From an uncultured bacterium (lineage in GTDB: Bacteria; JAGOEH01), in assembly GCA_964632485.1 (NCBI GenBank), contig CAZWDO010000013.1:1-64000 (forward strand): a stretch of 64,000 bases of DNA, given 5' to 3'. Position 1 is the stretch's first letter, and every line of letters begins with the position of its first letter. Made by a program: the position numbers and the translations under genes. The notes under the pieces were generated by a model, which was not told the DNA's origin, did not search any database, and saw nothing but the letters and a program-made list of their open reading frames with translations. Below are positions 46,352 to 57,443 of the stretch, piece after piece.

Positions 46352-49300
46352 ATGATGCAGTACAAATTTATTTTAGCCATACTCCCATATACGCTGGCTT
46401 TTGTGATCATTGCCATCATCGTGTTGCTGATTTATATGGTACGATTGATCCGGCAGATGATGAAGAAAAAAGAACCTGAACGCGCTCCCAAAAAAGACGC
46501 TAAAGAAGCCAAGCCAGGTAAGGCTGAAGTAGCGGAAGAGAAATCTCAACCGCAGGCGCCCACTCCGAATTATGCTGATTCAATTCGAAATTCTTTTCAG
46601 GATGTGGAGGGGATTTTAAAGCAGAACGTCACCAGTGGTCGACAAAAATCCTACCAAATCCCTTGTTTCATGATGATGGGCAATGATGCCGTTGGCAAAT
46701 CCACATTGTTGCAGAATTTAAATATTCCTCAGGAATACAGGCGACCCTCAGGGATTTCTCTGTTAGCTCCCTATAGTTTGAATTGGTGGTTTTTCAATCG
46801 CGGAATTGTTATTGATCTGGCGGGTGAATATTTAAACCCGGACGCGCCGGCAAAGGATAAGAACTGGTCGCAGGTGTTGAAGCAATTAGTAAGATACCGC
46901 CCACAGAGGCCTTTGGATGGCGTAATTTTGACAATTAGCGCTGAATTGCTGCTTGCTACGCGCTCGATGAATGACGCTGATAAGGAAAAATTATTCCAGG
47001 CTTCGGAAAAGGTTTACCAGCGTCTTTGGGATATCCAGAAGCAAAGTGGGATGTTTTTCCCTGTTTATATAGTAGTGACCAAAGCCGACCAAATTCCCGG
47101 GTTTGGTTCCCTGGTAAAAAATTTACCCGAAAATATGCGTGATTCCATCTTCGGCTGGTCAAATCCCTATACCGCAGAGGTCACCTACACTCCCGAATGG
47201 ATCGACGACGCGTACCGTTCAATGCTTAAAAATTTACAGCAGATCCAGATGGAGATTTTCGCCCATCAACCGAAAATTATCGGGGAAGATGAGTTATTTA
47301 CGTTTCCTTTTGATTTTCGCTCCCTGAAACCCGCATTGACTCATTATCTCAATACGGTTTTTCGGCAAAGTATCTACCATGAATCTTTTTTTCTCAGGGG
47401 CATCTATTTTGTGGGAAGCGAGGATAGCCATGAGCCCCATTGCCCCATTTTCTCCAAAGACCTGTTCGAACAGCGGATTTTTAAGGAATTCGCGTTGGCG
47501 GAACCGACTCGTACCCGTATCGCCGTTGTCAAAAAAAATGTGATGTTTCTTAAAACCGCTATGGTCGCTTTACTTCTACTCTGGATCGTTGGTTTCAGCA
47601 TCTCCGGGTGCCGTTTTCATTCAAAAGCCCAACGTTTTATGCCCGCGATCGGTCAATTAATCAAGAGTATCAATCTCTATCGTTTCGCTTTGCCCGTTCT
47701 TCGTGAAACGCGGGATAATCAACCGTTTCAAACCTTGATTCACAATATTGATCAGGTCGTCAGCTTTAAACCCGATAATTTCCATTCGGTTTTTGTGCCA
47801 ACGTCCTGGATATATTCCCCGGAATACCGCTTGTACAACACAATCACCTTGGCGTATAACGATATCCTTTATAAGTCGTTTTTTTATCAGCTCCACTATT
47901 TAACATTAAGCACTATCCGGAAAAATTACGCCTTCAACATGGATACTTTATCGGCGCCGATCAAATACCATGAAGAGATTTCCATCTATAATTATGTCAA
48001 TAACATACGTAAACTTGAGCAAGCGATCCTGATATTCAATTCCGCCGAATTACGGGATAAAATTACTAATTTTGATACACTGATGCAATCCATTTTTCTT
48101 ATCAAGCTGCCTGTGCAGATATTAGAGGATGATATTTATTATCCCTATGCGATGAGTAAACTGACCGTGCAAACGTTTCCTTTGAATGATTATCGGGATG
48201 AGGCGACTAAAAAATTGTATCTGCTCTTTAGTTTGCTGAAATATCGGATGAGTGATGCGAATATTCTGGTCAGGACGATTGATCGTCTGAATGGTGTTAT
48301 TGAAAACGTTATTTCCCAGCCCCGTATCGGCATGTTTAAAGAACTGAGAGAATTAATTGATCATATCCAAAATTCACCGGAGAATATATGGCTATTCAGA
48401 ACACGCCGAAGTGGTGGATCCGAATTTCAGGATATGTTGGCCAATATCCGGGAAAGCCAGTTTTTCGGGGAGGAGATGTCTCAAACGATCTCCCGGCTGG
48501 GAGACGATCTTTTCAGAAAGCTTCAATATACGTTTGAAAACATTGAGCTTAAGATGATTGGCAGGGTATTTGTAAAAAATGAGAATGATGAATACTATTC
48601 GCTTTCATCCAAATTGATAGATTTTAAACAGGCGCTGGATCATTTTATGATGATGGATTTTATTGATCCGGTTTTGAATGGTTCTTTACCCGCAATCATT
48701 GGTGATGGCATGAAAGTCCAATGGAATCTGGCCCGGTTGCAGGAAACGCGGCAAATTATGAGCAAGTATCAGTTTTTTGCGGATTCTCAATTAACAATGT
48801 TCCCTCAAGCCGTGCAGGGAGTGGCTCTGCGTATTGCTAAAGACCAGTTATCGAATCGCTTGTTTAATACCCTGTTGCAGTCGTATGATTTAGTCCCCCA
48901 AAAGCGTAAGTTTGGGGCGACGAGGATGGAATCTGACCTCGAAGATGAAATCGATAATTTGCAGCGTTCGGTTGAAAGCCTGCTTTCTCTCTTAAGCTTC
49001 TTCAATCAGAACGAATATTTGGTGAATTATGATCAACTCGCATATTTCCTGGCTCGCCAATTAGGTGATCTGCTACAGGAAATTGATATGATGCTGGAAC
49101 AGGAAACTCTGTACGCCTACAATCATGAAGGACTGCAAAAATGGGATGGGCGCGCCTCTTTGACCAAAGCGCTTTATGGGTATTCCACTCCCACCGAGAA
49201 AAAGGATTTTGTTACCTGGCAACGGGAGCGTTTGAGCGTTTTGGCTCAGAAATATGCGATGCCGTTATTGTCACTCATCGAAAACAGCGGAGTGAAAAAC

Positions 49301-50380
49301 CGGCTCTCTTACAGCGCTTTGCTGGATAAATGGCAAAATATTCTTTGGGAACTTGAGAAATACTCCACAAAAAAGCCCGATGCCGGTTTGGCCATATTGG
49401 AAGATTTTATTGTCAATGGCCTGGATAGAATCAATCTGATGAATTTCCGTGAGGAGATTCCTCCGGATATTCTTCACCGGGAGGGCGATAACTATTTTAT
49501 TCAAAAACGTAATGAGATATTGATCCAGGTTTATGCCCGTTGCGTCTTGCTTTCTGAGAGAGAACAGACGGAGCAATATACCCAACTTGCCGTTTATTTT
49601 AATGAAAATCTGGCCGGACGTTTCCCTTTTGCGTCGTTCTATGATCAGAAACAGCCCAATGAGGCCGATCCGGCTTATATACACGAATTTTTCACATTGT
49701 ACGATCGGTTTGGCCCTTCTTGTATCGAATCCTTTAAAAAAATGGGAAACAAGCAAAAACAGACTCAGGACGCGCTTCATTTCCTTGAAGCAATGGAAAA
49801 AAACCGTGAATTTTTTACATCGGAAGTCGAAAATCCCTTGGGACAAAGGGGTTTGACACTCTCACTCGAGGTGGAATTCAGGGTGAATCAGGAAAAAGAG
49901 ACTAATGCCAATCAAATTATCGATTGGAGTATGAAATCTGGAAGTCAATCTATTAATTTCTTATCTGAAGACAAAAGAGTTGTCTGGAACCTCGGAGACC
50001 CGATTACGGTTAGTTTCCGCTGGGCTAAGAATTCACCTCTTGTTCCCGCCCAGGATGAAACCGACTATACGGAATCTGTACAGGGAGAGATGATTTCGTT
50101 TGTTTTTCATAATACCTGGTCGGTCTTTCAGCTTTTACACAAACAAATAGCCCAGGGGAGCGATTTATCCGGATTTTTTGATCGGGATCCGCACACGCTG
50201 AAATTTATTATGTATAGTGTAAAAAAAGAAACCCAGGTTTTAGGTGATGAAATAACTGCCGAAGAATTATTCCAAACAGTGGTTTTTATCCGATTGCGTC
50301 TTTATTCCGCGGTTTCCAAGAAGCGGATAATTTTGTCTGAACTGCCAAAAATTGCGCCCTATTTGAACGGTAAACCTTAA
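46352..50380 (+). CDS. tssM: T6SS membrane complex TssM (IcmF)
   Basis: GNDAVGKST, WWFF, RPQRPLDGVIL, PVY.VVTK.D..PGF, LRGIYF, GRFPF. Confidence 0.9.
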   Translation: MMQYKFILAILPYTLAFVIIAIIVLLIYMVRLIRQMMKKKEPERAPKKDAKEAKPGKAEVAEEKSQPQAPTPNYADSIRNSFQDVEGILKQNVTSGRQKSYQIPCFMMMGNDAVGKSTLLQNLNIPQEYRRPSGISLLAPYSLNWWFFNRGIVIDLAGEYLNPDAPAKDKNWSQVLKQLVRYRPQRPLDGVILTISAELLLATRSMNDADKEKLFQASEKVYQRLWDIQKQSGMFFPVYIVVTKADQIPGFGSLVKNLPENMRDSIFGWSNPYTAEVTYTPEWIDDAYRSMLKNLQQIQMEIFAHQPKIIGEDELFTFPFDFRSLKPALTHYLNTVFRQSIYHESFFLRGIYFVGSEDSHEPHCPIFSKDLFEQRIFKEFALAEPTRTRIAVVKKNVMFLKTAMVALLLLWIVGFSISGCRFHSKAQRFMPAIGQLIKSINLYRFALPVLRETRDNQPFQTLIHNIDQVVSFKPDNFHSVFVPTSWIYSPEYRLYNTITLAYNDILYKSFFYQLHYLTLSTIRKNYAFNMDTLSAPIKYHEEISIYNYVNNIRKLEQAILIFNSAELRDKITNFDTLMQSIFLIKLPVQILEDDIYYPYAMSKLTVQTFPLNDYRDEATKKLYLLFSLLKYRMSDANILVRTIDRLNGVIENVISQPRIGMFKELRELIDHIQNSPENIWLFRTRRSGGSEFQDMLANIRESQFFGEEMSQTISRLGDDLFRKLQYTFENIELKMIGRVFVKNENDEYYSLSSKLIDFKQALDHFMMMDFIDPVLNGSLPAIIGDGMKVQWNLARLQETRQIMSKYQFFADSQLTMFPQAVQGVALRIAKDQLSNRLFNTLLQSYDLVPQKRKFGATRMESDLEDEIDNLQRSVESLLSLLSFFNQNEYLVNYDQLAYFLARQLGDLLQEIDMMLEQETLYAYNHEGLQKWDGRASLTKALYGYSTPTEKKDFVTWQRERLSVLAQKYAMPLLSLIENSGVKNRLSYSALLDKWQNILWELEKYSTKKPDAGLAILEDFIVNGLDRINLMNFREEIPPDILHREGDNYFIQKRNEILIQVYARCVLLSEREQTEQYTQLAVYFNENLAGRFPFASFYDQKQPNEADPAYIHEFFTLYDRFGPSCIESFKKMGNKQKQTQDALHFLEAMEKNREFFTSEVENPLGQRGLTLSLEVEFRVNQEKETNANQIIDWSMKSGSQSINFLSEDKRVVWNLGDPITVSFRWAKNSPLVPAQDETDYTESVQGEMISFVFHNTWSVFQLLHKQIAQGSDLSGFFDRDPHTLKFIMYSVKKETQVLGDEITAEELFQTVVFIRLRLYSAVSKKRIILSELPKIAPYLNGKP

Positions 50381-50414
50381 TTACAGGGAGACCCGCCTGT
50401 AATAGATTGAGGAT

Positions 50415-51518
50415 GTGAATATGAGTGAGAAAATGACCACTTTTTCATTGGACTTGGAAAAGATATTATTGCCGATATCTTCGCAACAACCTGCTGGTGA
50501 TTATTTAAAATATGAGGGCACGTATGATTTGATAGAAAATGCCCGCCGAGAGGAAGATGCTGATTTACCCATGGGAATTTGGGCATCCCCGGTAAAAAAA
50601 GCCGATTGGGAACAGGTTCGCGATCTGTGTATCGAATCCCTCGAGACCCGTACCAAGGATATTCAAATCGCGTGTTGGTTGTTTGAGGCATTGCTGAAGC
50701 TTTATGGGTATCATGGAATATTGGAAGGCTTGCATTTATTGAAGGCCCTGAGTGAGACGTTTTGGGAAACAATGTATCCTCCGCTGGAAGAGGATAGTTT
50801 TGAATATCGGATATCACCGTTGATATGGCTTAATGATAAAATGACCTTAAAAATAAAGATGATCCCCTTGACCAGACCTGAAACCGATAAAGATTATACA
50901 TATTGTTGGGCGGATTGGGAAAGCGCTTTGTACTATGAGCGATTGAATTTGCAGCGGAAAAAACCCGGTACGGAACCCAAAAATATGATCTCACGGGCGC
51001 GTTTTTTAACCGGGGTGACGTTGACCGGTATTCAATATTATCAGGAATTGGCGGCAATCATTGACCAAATACTGGATGAATTTCGGCAATTGGAGTATCA
51101 ATTGCAGGACAAAATTGGCAATGGCGCCCCGTCATTTCATACCTTTAAATCCATTTTGAATGATATACGTAAGTTTGTCCGGCAAACCCTGGACGAGCGC
51201 CGGGAAGAAATTTCTGAAAACGACGAACCGTCAAGCGAGATGTCAATGGAATCAGATCAAAATGAAATGGTTAGCAGCGGTAAAGAAACTCCTCGTACCT
51301 TCCGCACGATTCGCAGTCGCGCTGATGCGTATCTGGCGCTTTCAGAAGCTGCCGAGTTTTTGCTTCGTACCGAACCGCATAGTCCGGTACCTTATTTAAT
51401 TAAGCGTGCAATTGTGTGGGGAAGTATGCCTTTGTCCGATGTTTTGCATGAATTGGTCGAGACTGAACCTAAGTTGAAGGAAATCTATAAGTTGTTAGGA
51501 ATTAACGAAAGTCGCTAG
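50415..51518 (+). CDS. tssA: T6SS TssA (ImpA)
   Basis: LL.PIS...PAG..L.Y, ADW..V, TKD.QIA.W, FW..MYP; C-terminal RTEPHSPVPYL. Confidence 0.92.
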   Translation: MNMSEKMTTFSLDLEKILLPISSQQPAGDYLKYEGTYDLIENARREEDADLPMGIWASPVKKADWEQVRDLCIESLETRTKDIQIACWLFEALLKLYGYHGILEGLHLLKALSETFWETMYPPLEEDSFEYRISPLIWLNDKMTLKIKMIPLTRPETDKDYTYCWADWESALYYERLNLQRKKPGTEPKNMISRARFLTGVTLTGIQYYQELAAIIDQILDEFRQLEYQLQDKIGNGAPSFHTFKSILNDIRKFVRQTLDERREEISENDEPSSEMSMESDQNEMVSSGKETPRTFRTIRSRADAYLALSEAAEFLLRTEPHSPVPYLIKRAIVWGSMPLSDVLHELVETEPKLKEIYKLLGINESR

Positions 51519-51587
51519 ATTTTTCGCTAAGGCTGTCCACGCCTCACATTTTTTTAAGGTGAACGTTTAACGAAAGGAGTGCGTCTT

Positions 51588-52085
51588 ATGCAAGAAAGCT
51601 TGCAGCACAAATTGGACCGTGTACGTCCCCCACGCGTCCAGATCACCTATGATGTTGAGATCGGTAATGCGATCGAAATGAAAGAATTGCCTTTCATCGT
51701 TGGAGTGATGGCTGATCTTTCGGGTAACCCGTTAGAAGCCTTACCAAAAGTTAAGGATCGGAAGTATGTTTTTATCGATCGTGACAATTTTAACGATGTG
51801 TTAGCTTCTACCGCTCCCAGGCTGACTTTCCGGGTAGATAACAAACTGGCCGATGACAACACCAAATTGAATGTGGAATTAAAATTTAACCATTTAGATG
51901 ATTTCAGCCCCATCAATGTGGTTAAACAGGTCAGTCCGCTATCAAAATTGTATGATGCCCGTCGGCGTTTGCGCGATTTATTGACCAAATTGGATGGCAA
52001 TGATGAATTGGATTCATTGCTCCAGGGCATTGTTGCCGATACGGAAAAACTCAACCAAATCAAAACTGACTTGGGAGGTAATTAA
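51588..52085 (+). CDS. tssB: T6SS sheath small subunit TssB
   Basis: RVRPPRVQITYDVE, ELPF.VGV.ADLSG, IDRDNF. Confidence 0.97.
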   Translation: MQESLQHKLDRVRPPRVQITYDVEIGNAIEMKELPFIVGVMADLSGNPLEALPKVKDRKYVFIDRDNFNDVLASTAPRLTFRVDNKLADDNTKLNVELKFNHLDDFSPINVVKQVSPLSKLYDARRRLRDLLTKLDGNDELDSLLQGIVADTEKLNQIKTDLGGN

Positions 52086-52087
52086 TT

Positions 52088-53563
52088 ATGGCAGAAGATA
52101 TGCCCATCACAGCAGGTGAAAGCGCTGAAAACCTGAGTCTTCTTGAACAAATCGTTAAAGACGGAAAGATGGCGAAGGATACCATTCAGGTACCTTATGC
52201 TAAGGATTTGATTGGCGAATTTGTAAATCAAATCATTGAAAACTCCATGACCGTCAGTAATGATACGGTCGCTATGATTAATCAACGCATCGCTCAAATC
52301 GATGAATTGATCAGCGACCAGTTGAATGAGATCATGCATGAACCCCAATTTCAAAAGATGGAATCGACTTGGCGGGGCCTTAATTATCTGGTCATGAATT
52401 CCGAAACCGGAACTAAATTAAAAATTCGGTTGATGAACATTACGAAAAAAGAATTACTGGATGATCTGGAAAAGGCGACTGAATTCGATCAAAGCGCGTT
52501 TTTTAAGAAAGTTTATGAGGAAGAATACGGTACATTTGGTGGTAATCCGTATAGTGTTCTCCTCGGCGATTACGAATTTAGCCGTCATCCGCAGGATATG
52601 GCTCTGCTGGAAAAAATTTCCAATGTAGCCGCAGCGGCCCATGCGCCTTTTATCTCGGCTGCTAATGCGAAACTTTTTGATTTGGAGGGGTTTACTGATC
52701 TGAGTACCCCCCGCGATCTGAGCAAAATTTTTGAAAGCGCTGAATTGATCAAATGGAAATCGTTCCGCGAGAGCGAAGATTCGCGTTATGTGGCTTTAGT
52801 CTTGCCGCATATCCTGCTTCGTCTGCCCTATGGCCCGGACACGAAACCGGTTGAAGAATTCAATTTTGTTGAAGACGTCAATGGCAAGGTCCATGAGAAA
52901 TACTTATGGGGCAATGCAGCCTGGGCGCTGGGACAACGCATCACCGATGCCTTTTCCAAGTATGGCTGGACAGCGGCGATTCGCGGTGTCGAAGGCGGCG
53001 GTCTGGTACAGGGGCTGCCTACCCATACGTTCAAGACAGATGAAGGTGATATCGCCCTGAAATGCCCGACCGAAATCGCGATTACTGATCGTCGGGAAAA
53101 GGAACTCAGCGATCTCGGTTTTATCGCTCTTTGCCATTGCAAAGGGACCGATTATGCCGCGTTCTTTGGGGGACAGACCACCCAAAAAGCCAAAGTCTAT
53201 GATAAGGCGGAAGCCAATGCCAATGCGAAGCTTTCCGCTCGTTTGCCCTATATTCTGGCAGCATCCCGTTTTGCGCATTATTTGAAAGTGATCGTGCGTG
53301 AAAAAATCGGTAGTTTCCAAACTGCCGATAATGTGCGTAACTATTTGAATCAGTGGATTTCCAACTATGTTATTGCCAAGGATGATGCCGATCAGGTTCT
53401 CAAAGCCAAATACCCGCTGCGGGAAGCCCGGATTGACGTTTTCGATGTTGCCGGCAGCCCTGGCGCATATCGCGCAGTCGTTTTCCTTCGTCCCCATTTC
53501 CAGTTGGAAGAACTTACTACGTCTATTCGTCTGGTTGCGCAATTGCCGCCACCTCCGGCCTAA
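52088..53563 (+). CDS. tssC: T6SS sheath large subunit TssC
   Basis: FQ.MES.WRGL, YEEEYGTFGG.P, AAAAHAPF, YLWGNAA, IRGVEGGG, LRPHFQLEEL. Confidence 0.97.
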   Translation: MAEDMPITAGESAENLSLLEQIVKDGKMAKDTIQVPYAKDLIGEFVNQIIENSMTVSNDTVAMINQRIAQIDELISDQLNEIMHEPQFQKMESTWRGLNYLVMNSETGTKLKIRLMNITKKELLDDLEKATEFDQSAFFKKVYEEEYGTFGGNPYSVLLGDYEFSRHPQDMALLEKISNVAAAAHAPFISAANAKLFDLEGFTDLSTPRDLSKIFESAELIKWKSFRESEDSRYVALVLPHILLRLPYGPDTKPVEEFNFVEDVNGKVHEKYLWGNAAWALGQRITDAFSKYGWTAAIRGVEGGGLVQGLPTHTFKTDEGDIALKCPTEIAITDRREKELSDLGFIALCHCKGTDYAAFFGGQTTQKAKVYDKAEANANAKLSARLPYILAASRFAHYLKVIVREKIGSFQTADNVRNYLNQWISNYVIAKDDADQVLKAKYPLREARIDVFDVAGSPGAYRAVVFLRPHFQLEELTTSIRLVAQLPPPPA

Positions 53564-53608
53564 GCACTCTTTCGCCTGCGGTTAGTTTAAGAACAACACG
53601 ATACCCAT

Positions 53609-53637
53609 CCGGCCCGGATTCAATGTACCCGGGCCGG
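53609..53637. other. GC-rich hairpin between tssC and hcp
   Basis: ccggcccgg (53609-53617) pairs with ccgggccgg (53629-53637). Confidence 0.6.
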
Positions 53638-53671
53638 CATTATAATCTTTTGAATTTTAAGGAGTTTTATT

Positions 53672-54172
53672 ATGGCCAGCAATATGTTTATCAAGTTTGT
53701 CGGCGCTGCTGCCACAATTGAAGGCGATTCAATGGATGCCACTCATGCCAAGGAAATCGAAGTCCTGGGATGGTCCCATGGATTCAGTCAACCGACTTCT
53801 CCTACTCGTTTGGGAGCTGGCGCCGGTACCACCGAACGCGCCAATCACCAGGACTTTTCTTTCAGTAAATACATGGATACTGCTACGGTGAGTCTTTATA
53901 AAACGCTATGGTTGGGCGACATGGTTGCTACGGTAACCATGAGCTGTTACCGCGCTGATCAATCGGCTGTAAAATACCTGGAGGTTATCATGGAAAAGGT
54001 GATTATCTCAAGCATCAGCATCTCGGGAGGTCCCGGGGATATTCCGGTGGAGAGTGTTAGCCTTAATTATGGAAAGGTGACCTATAAATATCTGCCGCAA
54101 ACTATGGCGGACAATACACCGGCGTCGGCTTCGGAAAGCTATCACGATCTGGTTACTAATACCGTTGGTTAA
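53672..54172 (+). CDS. hcp: T6SS tube protein Hcp
   Basis: I.GDS.D..H..EIEVL.WS, FSKYMD, PVESVSLNY. Confidence 0.95.
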   Translation: MASNMFIKFVGAAATIEGDSMDATHAKEIEVLGWSHGFSQPTSPTRLGAGAGTTERANHQDFSFSKYMDTATVSLYKTLWLGDMVATVTMSCYRADQSAVKYLEVIMEKVIISSISISGGPGDIPVESVSLNYGKVTYKYLPQTMADNTPASASESYHDLVTNTVG

Positions 54173-54185
54173 TTAACCCCGGCCA

Positions 54186-54644
54186 ATGAAAGACACAATC
54201 CGCGCCAGCTTTATTGATCGTATTATTGATGAAGCTCCCTTAATTCCTGAAGAACAAGTATCCAGGCGCACTCTGACTTATAACCAGTTTATCTATACGT
54301 TACGCCGGGATTTGGAATGGCTGTTGAATACCCGCAATTCCGTCCCGGCTGAACGTTATTTGGAAACTGACATCAGCGTGCTGGAGTTTGGGCTTCCCGA
54401 TATCACGCGCTTGAGCCCGCAAAATCCCAGCGACCGTTCCCACATCGCATTATTTATTAAAAAAGCGTTGAACTATTATGAACATCGGTTGCAGGAAGTG
54501 GAAGTGATCCCTTTTGTCCCCCCGAATTATGTTCAGTCGATCATTTATGAAATTAAAGGACGATTGGTCTACGATGATATTAATGAACCGATCTCGTTTC
54601 GCACCATCCTCGATCATGAAGCCGGAGAATTTAGAATTATATGA
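54186..54644 (+). CDS. tssE: T6SS baseplate TssE
   Basis: S.IDR, RRDLEWLLNTR, FGLPD, YE.RL. Confidence 0.93.
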   Translation: MKDTIRASFIDRIIDEAPLIPEEQVSRRTLTYNQFIYTLRRDLEWLLNTRNSVPAERYLETDISVLEFGLPDITRLSPQNPSDRSHIALFIKKALNYYEHRLQEVEVIPFVPPNYVQSIIYEIKGRLVYDDINEPISFRTILDHEAGEFRII

Positions 54645-56455
54645 AAATTAATGACTACCAGGATCCCTTGATTTTCTATTTTAATCAGGAATTGAATTAT
54701 CTACGAAAAACAGGGATCGACTTTGCAAAGAAATATCCGAAAATAGCGTCCCGGCTTCAAATCTATCCCGGGATGAGCTCAGACCCGCATATTGAACGCA
54801 TGATCGAATCTTTCGCTTTTCTAACGGCCCGGGTGCAATATAATATTGATAGTGAATTCAGTCAGATACCTACGGCATTCCTGGAGATTTTGTATCCTAA
54901 TTTGATGAATATCATCCCTGCTATGTCAATTGCCGCTTTTGAGATTGACCCGAAGCAGGGTAAACTGACCGATGGATTTCCGATCAACCGTAATTCAACT
55001 CTTTTTGCTTCTTCTAAAAATGGCAAGACCTGCAATTTCTGTACTTGTTACCCACTCACTTTATGGCCCGTTACCGTGGAGGAAGCCCAATTTGAATCGA
55101 ACTATACCTATGATTTTTTAGATCAATACCAGAATGTAGCCGCCGTGATGCGCTTGCGTCTGAAAACTCTGAGTGATCCGCTGCATGAATTGCAATGCAA
55201 TTCCCTGCGCTTTTATCTACAGGGTTCCCCCATGATCACTACAGCCCTCTATGAGCTTCTTTTTACCAATGTCCAGCAAATATTAATTTTGCCTGAATCC
55301 TCTAAAAAGCCGATTCAACTGCCGCTGGATTCTATCAAAGGAGTCGGGTTTTCCCAAGATGAAGCCATGATTCCCCAACCAGAATATGCCTATTCTGCGT
55401 ATCGTATCATCCAGGAATATTTTACCTTCCCTTATAAATTTTTCTTTTTTGATTTGGATAATATTTCTTTTCAGGATAGTTTTGAATTTTGTGACGTTCT
55501 CTTTTTACTGAAAGAGACGCCATCGAAATTTTTATCGATTAATTCAGAAAATTTTATGCTGAATTGCGCTCCAATCATCAATCTTTTTAAAAAAACTACC
55601 GATCCTTTGATTCTGACTCATAAACAAAGCGAATATGATCTGATCCCCGACATTTATAATCTGGATACAGTTGAAATTTATTCCGTGCAACGCGTTTCTT
55701 CCATTGCGGAGACTGAGAATTCCACCAAGGTTTACCAACCCTATTTCTCCTTTTCGCATGAAATGGAGGAATTAGGCCAGGAAGCCTTCTGGTACACTCA
55801 CAAGACCATTTCCAACCGGCCGTCGGCGCCGGGCACTCTGACCCGGATTTCATTTGTCGATGCGGCATTTGATCCCAATATTCCGGAGAGTGAAACGATC
55901 TATGCCAATACAATTTGTACCAATCGGATGCTGGCCGATGAGATTCCCTCCGGCACTTTGTTGAATATCGAGTACTCTGCGCCGGTTCAGAAGATTTATT
56001 GTTTAATAAAACCCTCATTACCTTTATATCCCCAGATGAATCGATCGAATATGTGGAAATTGATTTCTCAATTGTCGCTGAGCTATCTTTCCTTATCCGG
56101 AGATAAATCCAGCTTGAATGCCTTGAGAGAGATTTTGCGGCTCTATGCGATTGTCAACTCCTCTTCCGTTAACCAGCAAATTACTGGCATTGTTGATATG
56201 GATACTCGAAAAATTATCCGCCGGGTCGGCCGTGATGCCTGGCGGGGTTTTTGCCGGGGGACGGAGATAACTATGACCTTTGATGAAGAGAATTTTATCG
56301 GTAGCAGTTCATTTTTGTTTGCCCAGGTCCTTAACCATTTTTTGGGTCTCTATACATCTTTGAATTCATTTACGGAACTAGTCATAAAAAGTAAACAGCG
56401 GGAAGGAATCTGGAAAAAATGGAAGCCACGCGGCGGCGAAAAAGAGATTCTGTAA
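54641..56455 (+). CDS. tssF: T6SS baseplate TssF
   Basis: ELNYLR..G..FA..YPKIA.RL, DPHIER.IE.FAFL, QEYF.FP, CTNR. Confidence 0.95.
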   Translation: MKINDYQDPLIFYFNQELNYLRKTGIDFAKKYPKIASRLQIYPGMSSDPHIERMIESFAFLTARVQYNIDSEFSQIPTAFLEILYPNLMNIIPAMSIAAFEIDPKQGKLTDGFPINRNSTLFASSKNGKTCNFCTCYPLTLWPVTVEEAQFESNYTYDFLDQYQNVAAVMRLRLKTLSDPLHELQCNSLRFYLQGSPMITTALYELLFTNVQQILILPESSKKPIQLPLDSIKGVGFSQDEAMIPQPEYAYSAYRIIQEYFTFPYKFFFFDLDNISFQDSFEFCDVLFLLKETPSKFLSINSENFMLNCAPIINLFKKTTDPLILTHKQSEYDLIPDIYNLDTVEIYSVQRVSSIAETENSTKVYQPYFSFSHEMEELGQEAFWYTHKTISNRPSAPGTLTRISFVDAAFDPNIPESETIYANTICTNRMLADEIPSGTLLNIEYSAPVQKIYCLIKPSLPLYPQMNRSNMWKLISQLSLSYLSLSGDKSSLNALREILRLYAIVNSSSVNQQITGIVDMDTRKIIRRVGRDAWRGFCRGTEITMTFDEENFIGSSSFLFAQVLNHFLGLYTSLNSFTELVIKSKQREGIWKKWKPRGGEKEIL

Positions 56456-57432
56456 TAAATCAACTGATAAAAAATCCATTTGAATTTGGTTTTTATCAAT
56501 TAATGAATGTGTTGACCTTACTATTTCCCAATTATTTCGGCGAAAATTTGGAGATCGGTGATCGCATTAATTTTAGCGCGAACGTGCGGCTGGACTTCCC
56601 CGCCAGTGACGTTGAGGCGCTTGAACTCCCCCAGGAGGATCGGGACTTACTGATTGTTAAAACCAATTTTCTGAATATGGCCGGTATCAATGGCCCTTTG
56701 CCCCATCCCTATACCGATCTTATCATGCAGCGTTCCCGGCGCAAAGATACGGCTTTTAAGGATTTTCTCGATATTTTTAATCATCGCTGCATACAACTTA
56801 TGTACGATCTGCAACGTAAATATAAGGTCATTTTTGGGTATCGATTATCTCATCAAAATGTGTTTTCTCAATATTTCAGATCTTTTTGCGGACTTGGCAC
56901 TTCATATTTGTCTGACCGGTTGAAGGTCAATGATCGCTCGCTATATTATTATACATCAATTTTTATCCACCAGAAACGTTCGGCGTTGGGATTGCAAATT
57001 TTGCTTGCTCATTTTTTTAATGTTTCTGTCCGCATTCATCAATTTATGGGAAGTTGGTTTTCACTTGATCCCGATCAGTTTACGCTGATCGGTACCCAGG
57101 GCCAAAATCATCGGTTGGGCGATGCTACGATTCTTGGAACAAAAGTTTGGTTGCAGGATAAAAAATTCCGGATTACGTTGGGTCCTTTAGCGCTGGAAAA
57201 ATTTGAGGAGTTTCTTCCCCCCTGGGGTGGGTATAAAAAATTGTGCGATTTGGTTCGCTTTTATTGTAATGATGACTTTGAGTTTGATATTGAATTAATA
57301 TTGAACAAAGAACAGATTCCCGATTATGTTTTGGGCTATTTTAGCCTGACTTTTTTGGGGTGGACTTCCATGATTGGAGGAAAAAAGGATCATATCCACT
57401 GTATTCTTCAATCGGATATTACGTTTAATTAG
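56419..57432 (+). CDS. tssG: T6SS baseplate TssG
   Basis: F.FYQ, L.FPASDV, GPLP..YT, FLDIFNHR, LGWTS. Confidence 0.93.
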   Translation: MEATRRRKRDSVINQLIKNPFEFGFYQLMNVLTLLFPNYFGENLEIGDRINFSANVRLDFPASDVEALELPQEDRDLLIVKTNFLNMAGINGPLPHPYTDLIMQRSRRKDTAFKDFLDIFNHRCIQLMYDLQRKYKVIFGYRLSHQNVFSQYFRSFCGLGTSYLSDRLKVNDRSLYYYTSIFIHQKRSALGLQILLAHFFNVSVRIHQFMGSWFSLDPDQFTLIGTQGQNHRLGDATILGTKVWLQDKKFRITLGPLALEKFEEFLPPWGGYKKLCDLVRFYCNDDFEFDIELILNKEQIPDYVLGYFSLTFLGWTSMIGGKKDHIHCILQSDITFN

Positions 57433-57443
57433 AAGAAGGTAAT

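Noticed and set aside
52904-53542. 212-aa antisense ORF in tssC, and similar antisense ORFs in tssB, tssH, tssM and vgrG
   Set aside because: Typical antisense open frames of conserved genes, with no independent signals.
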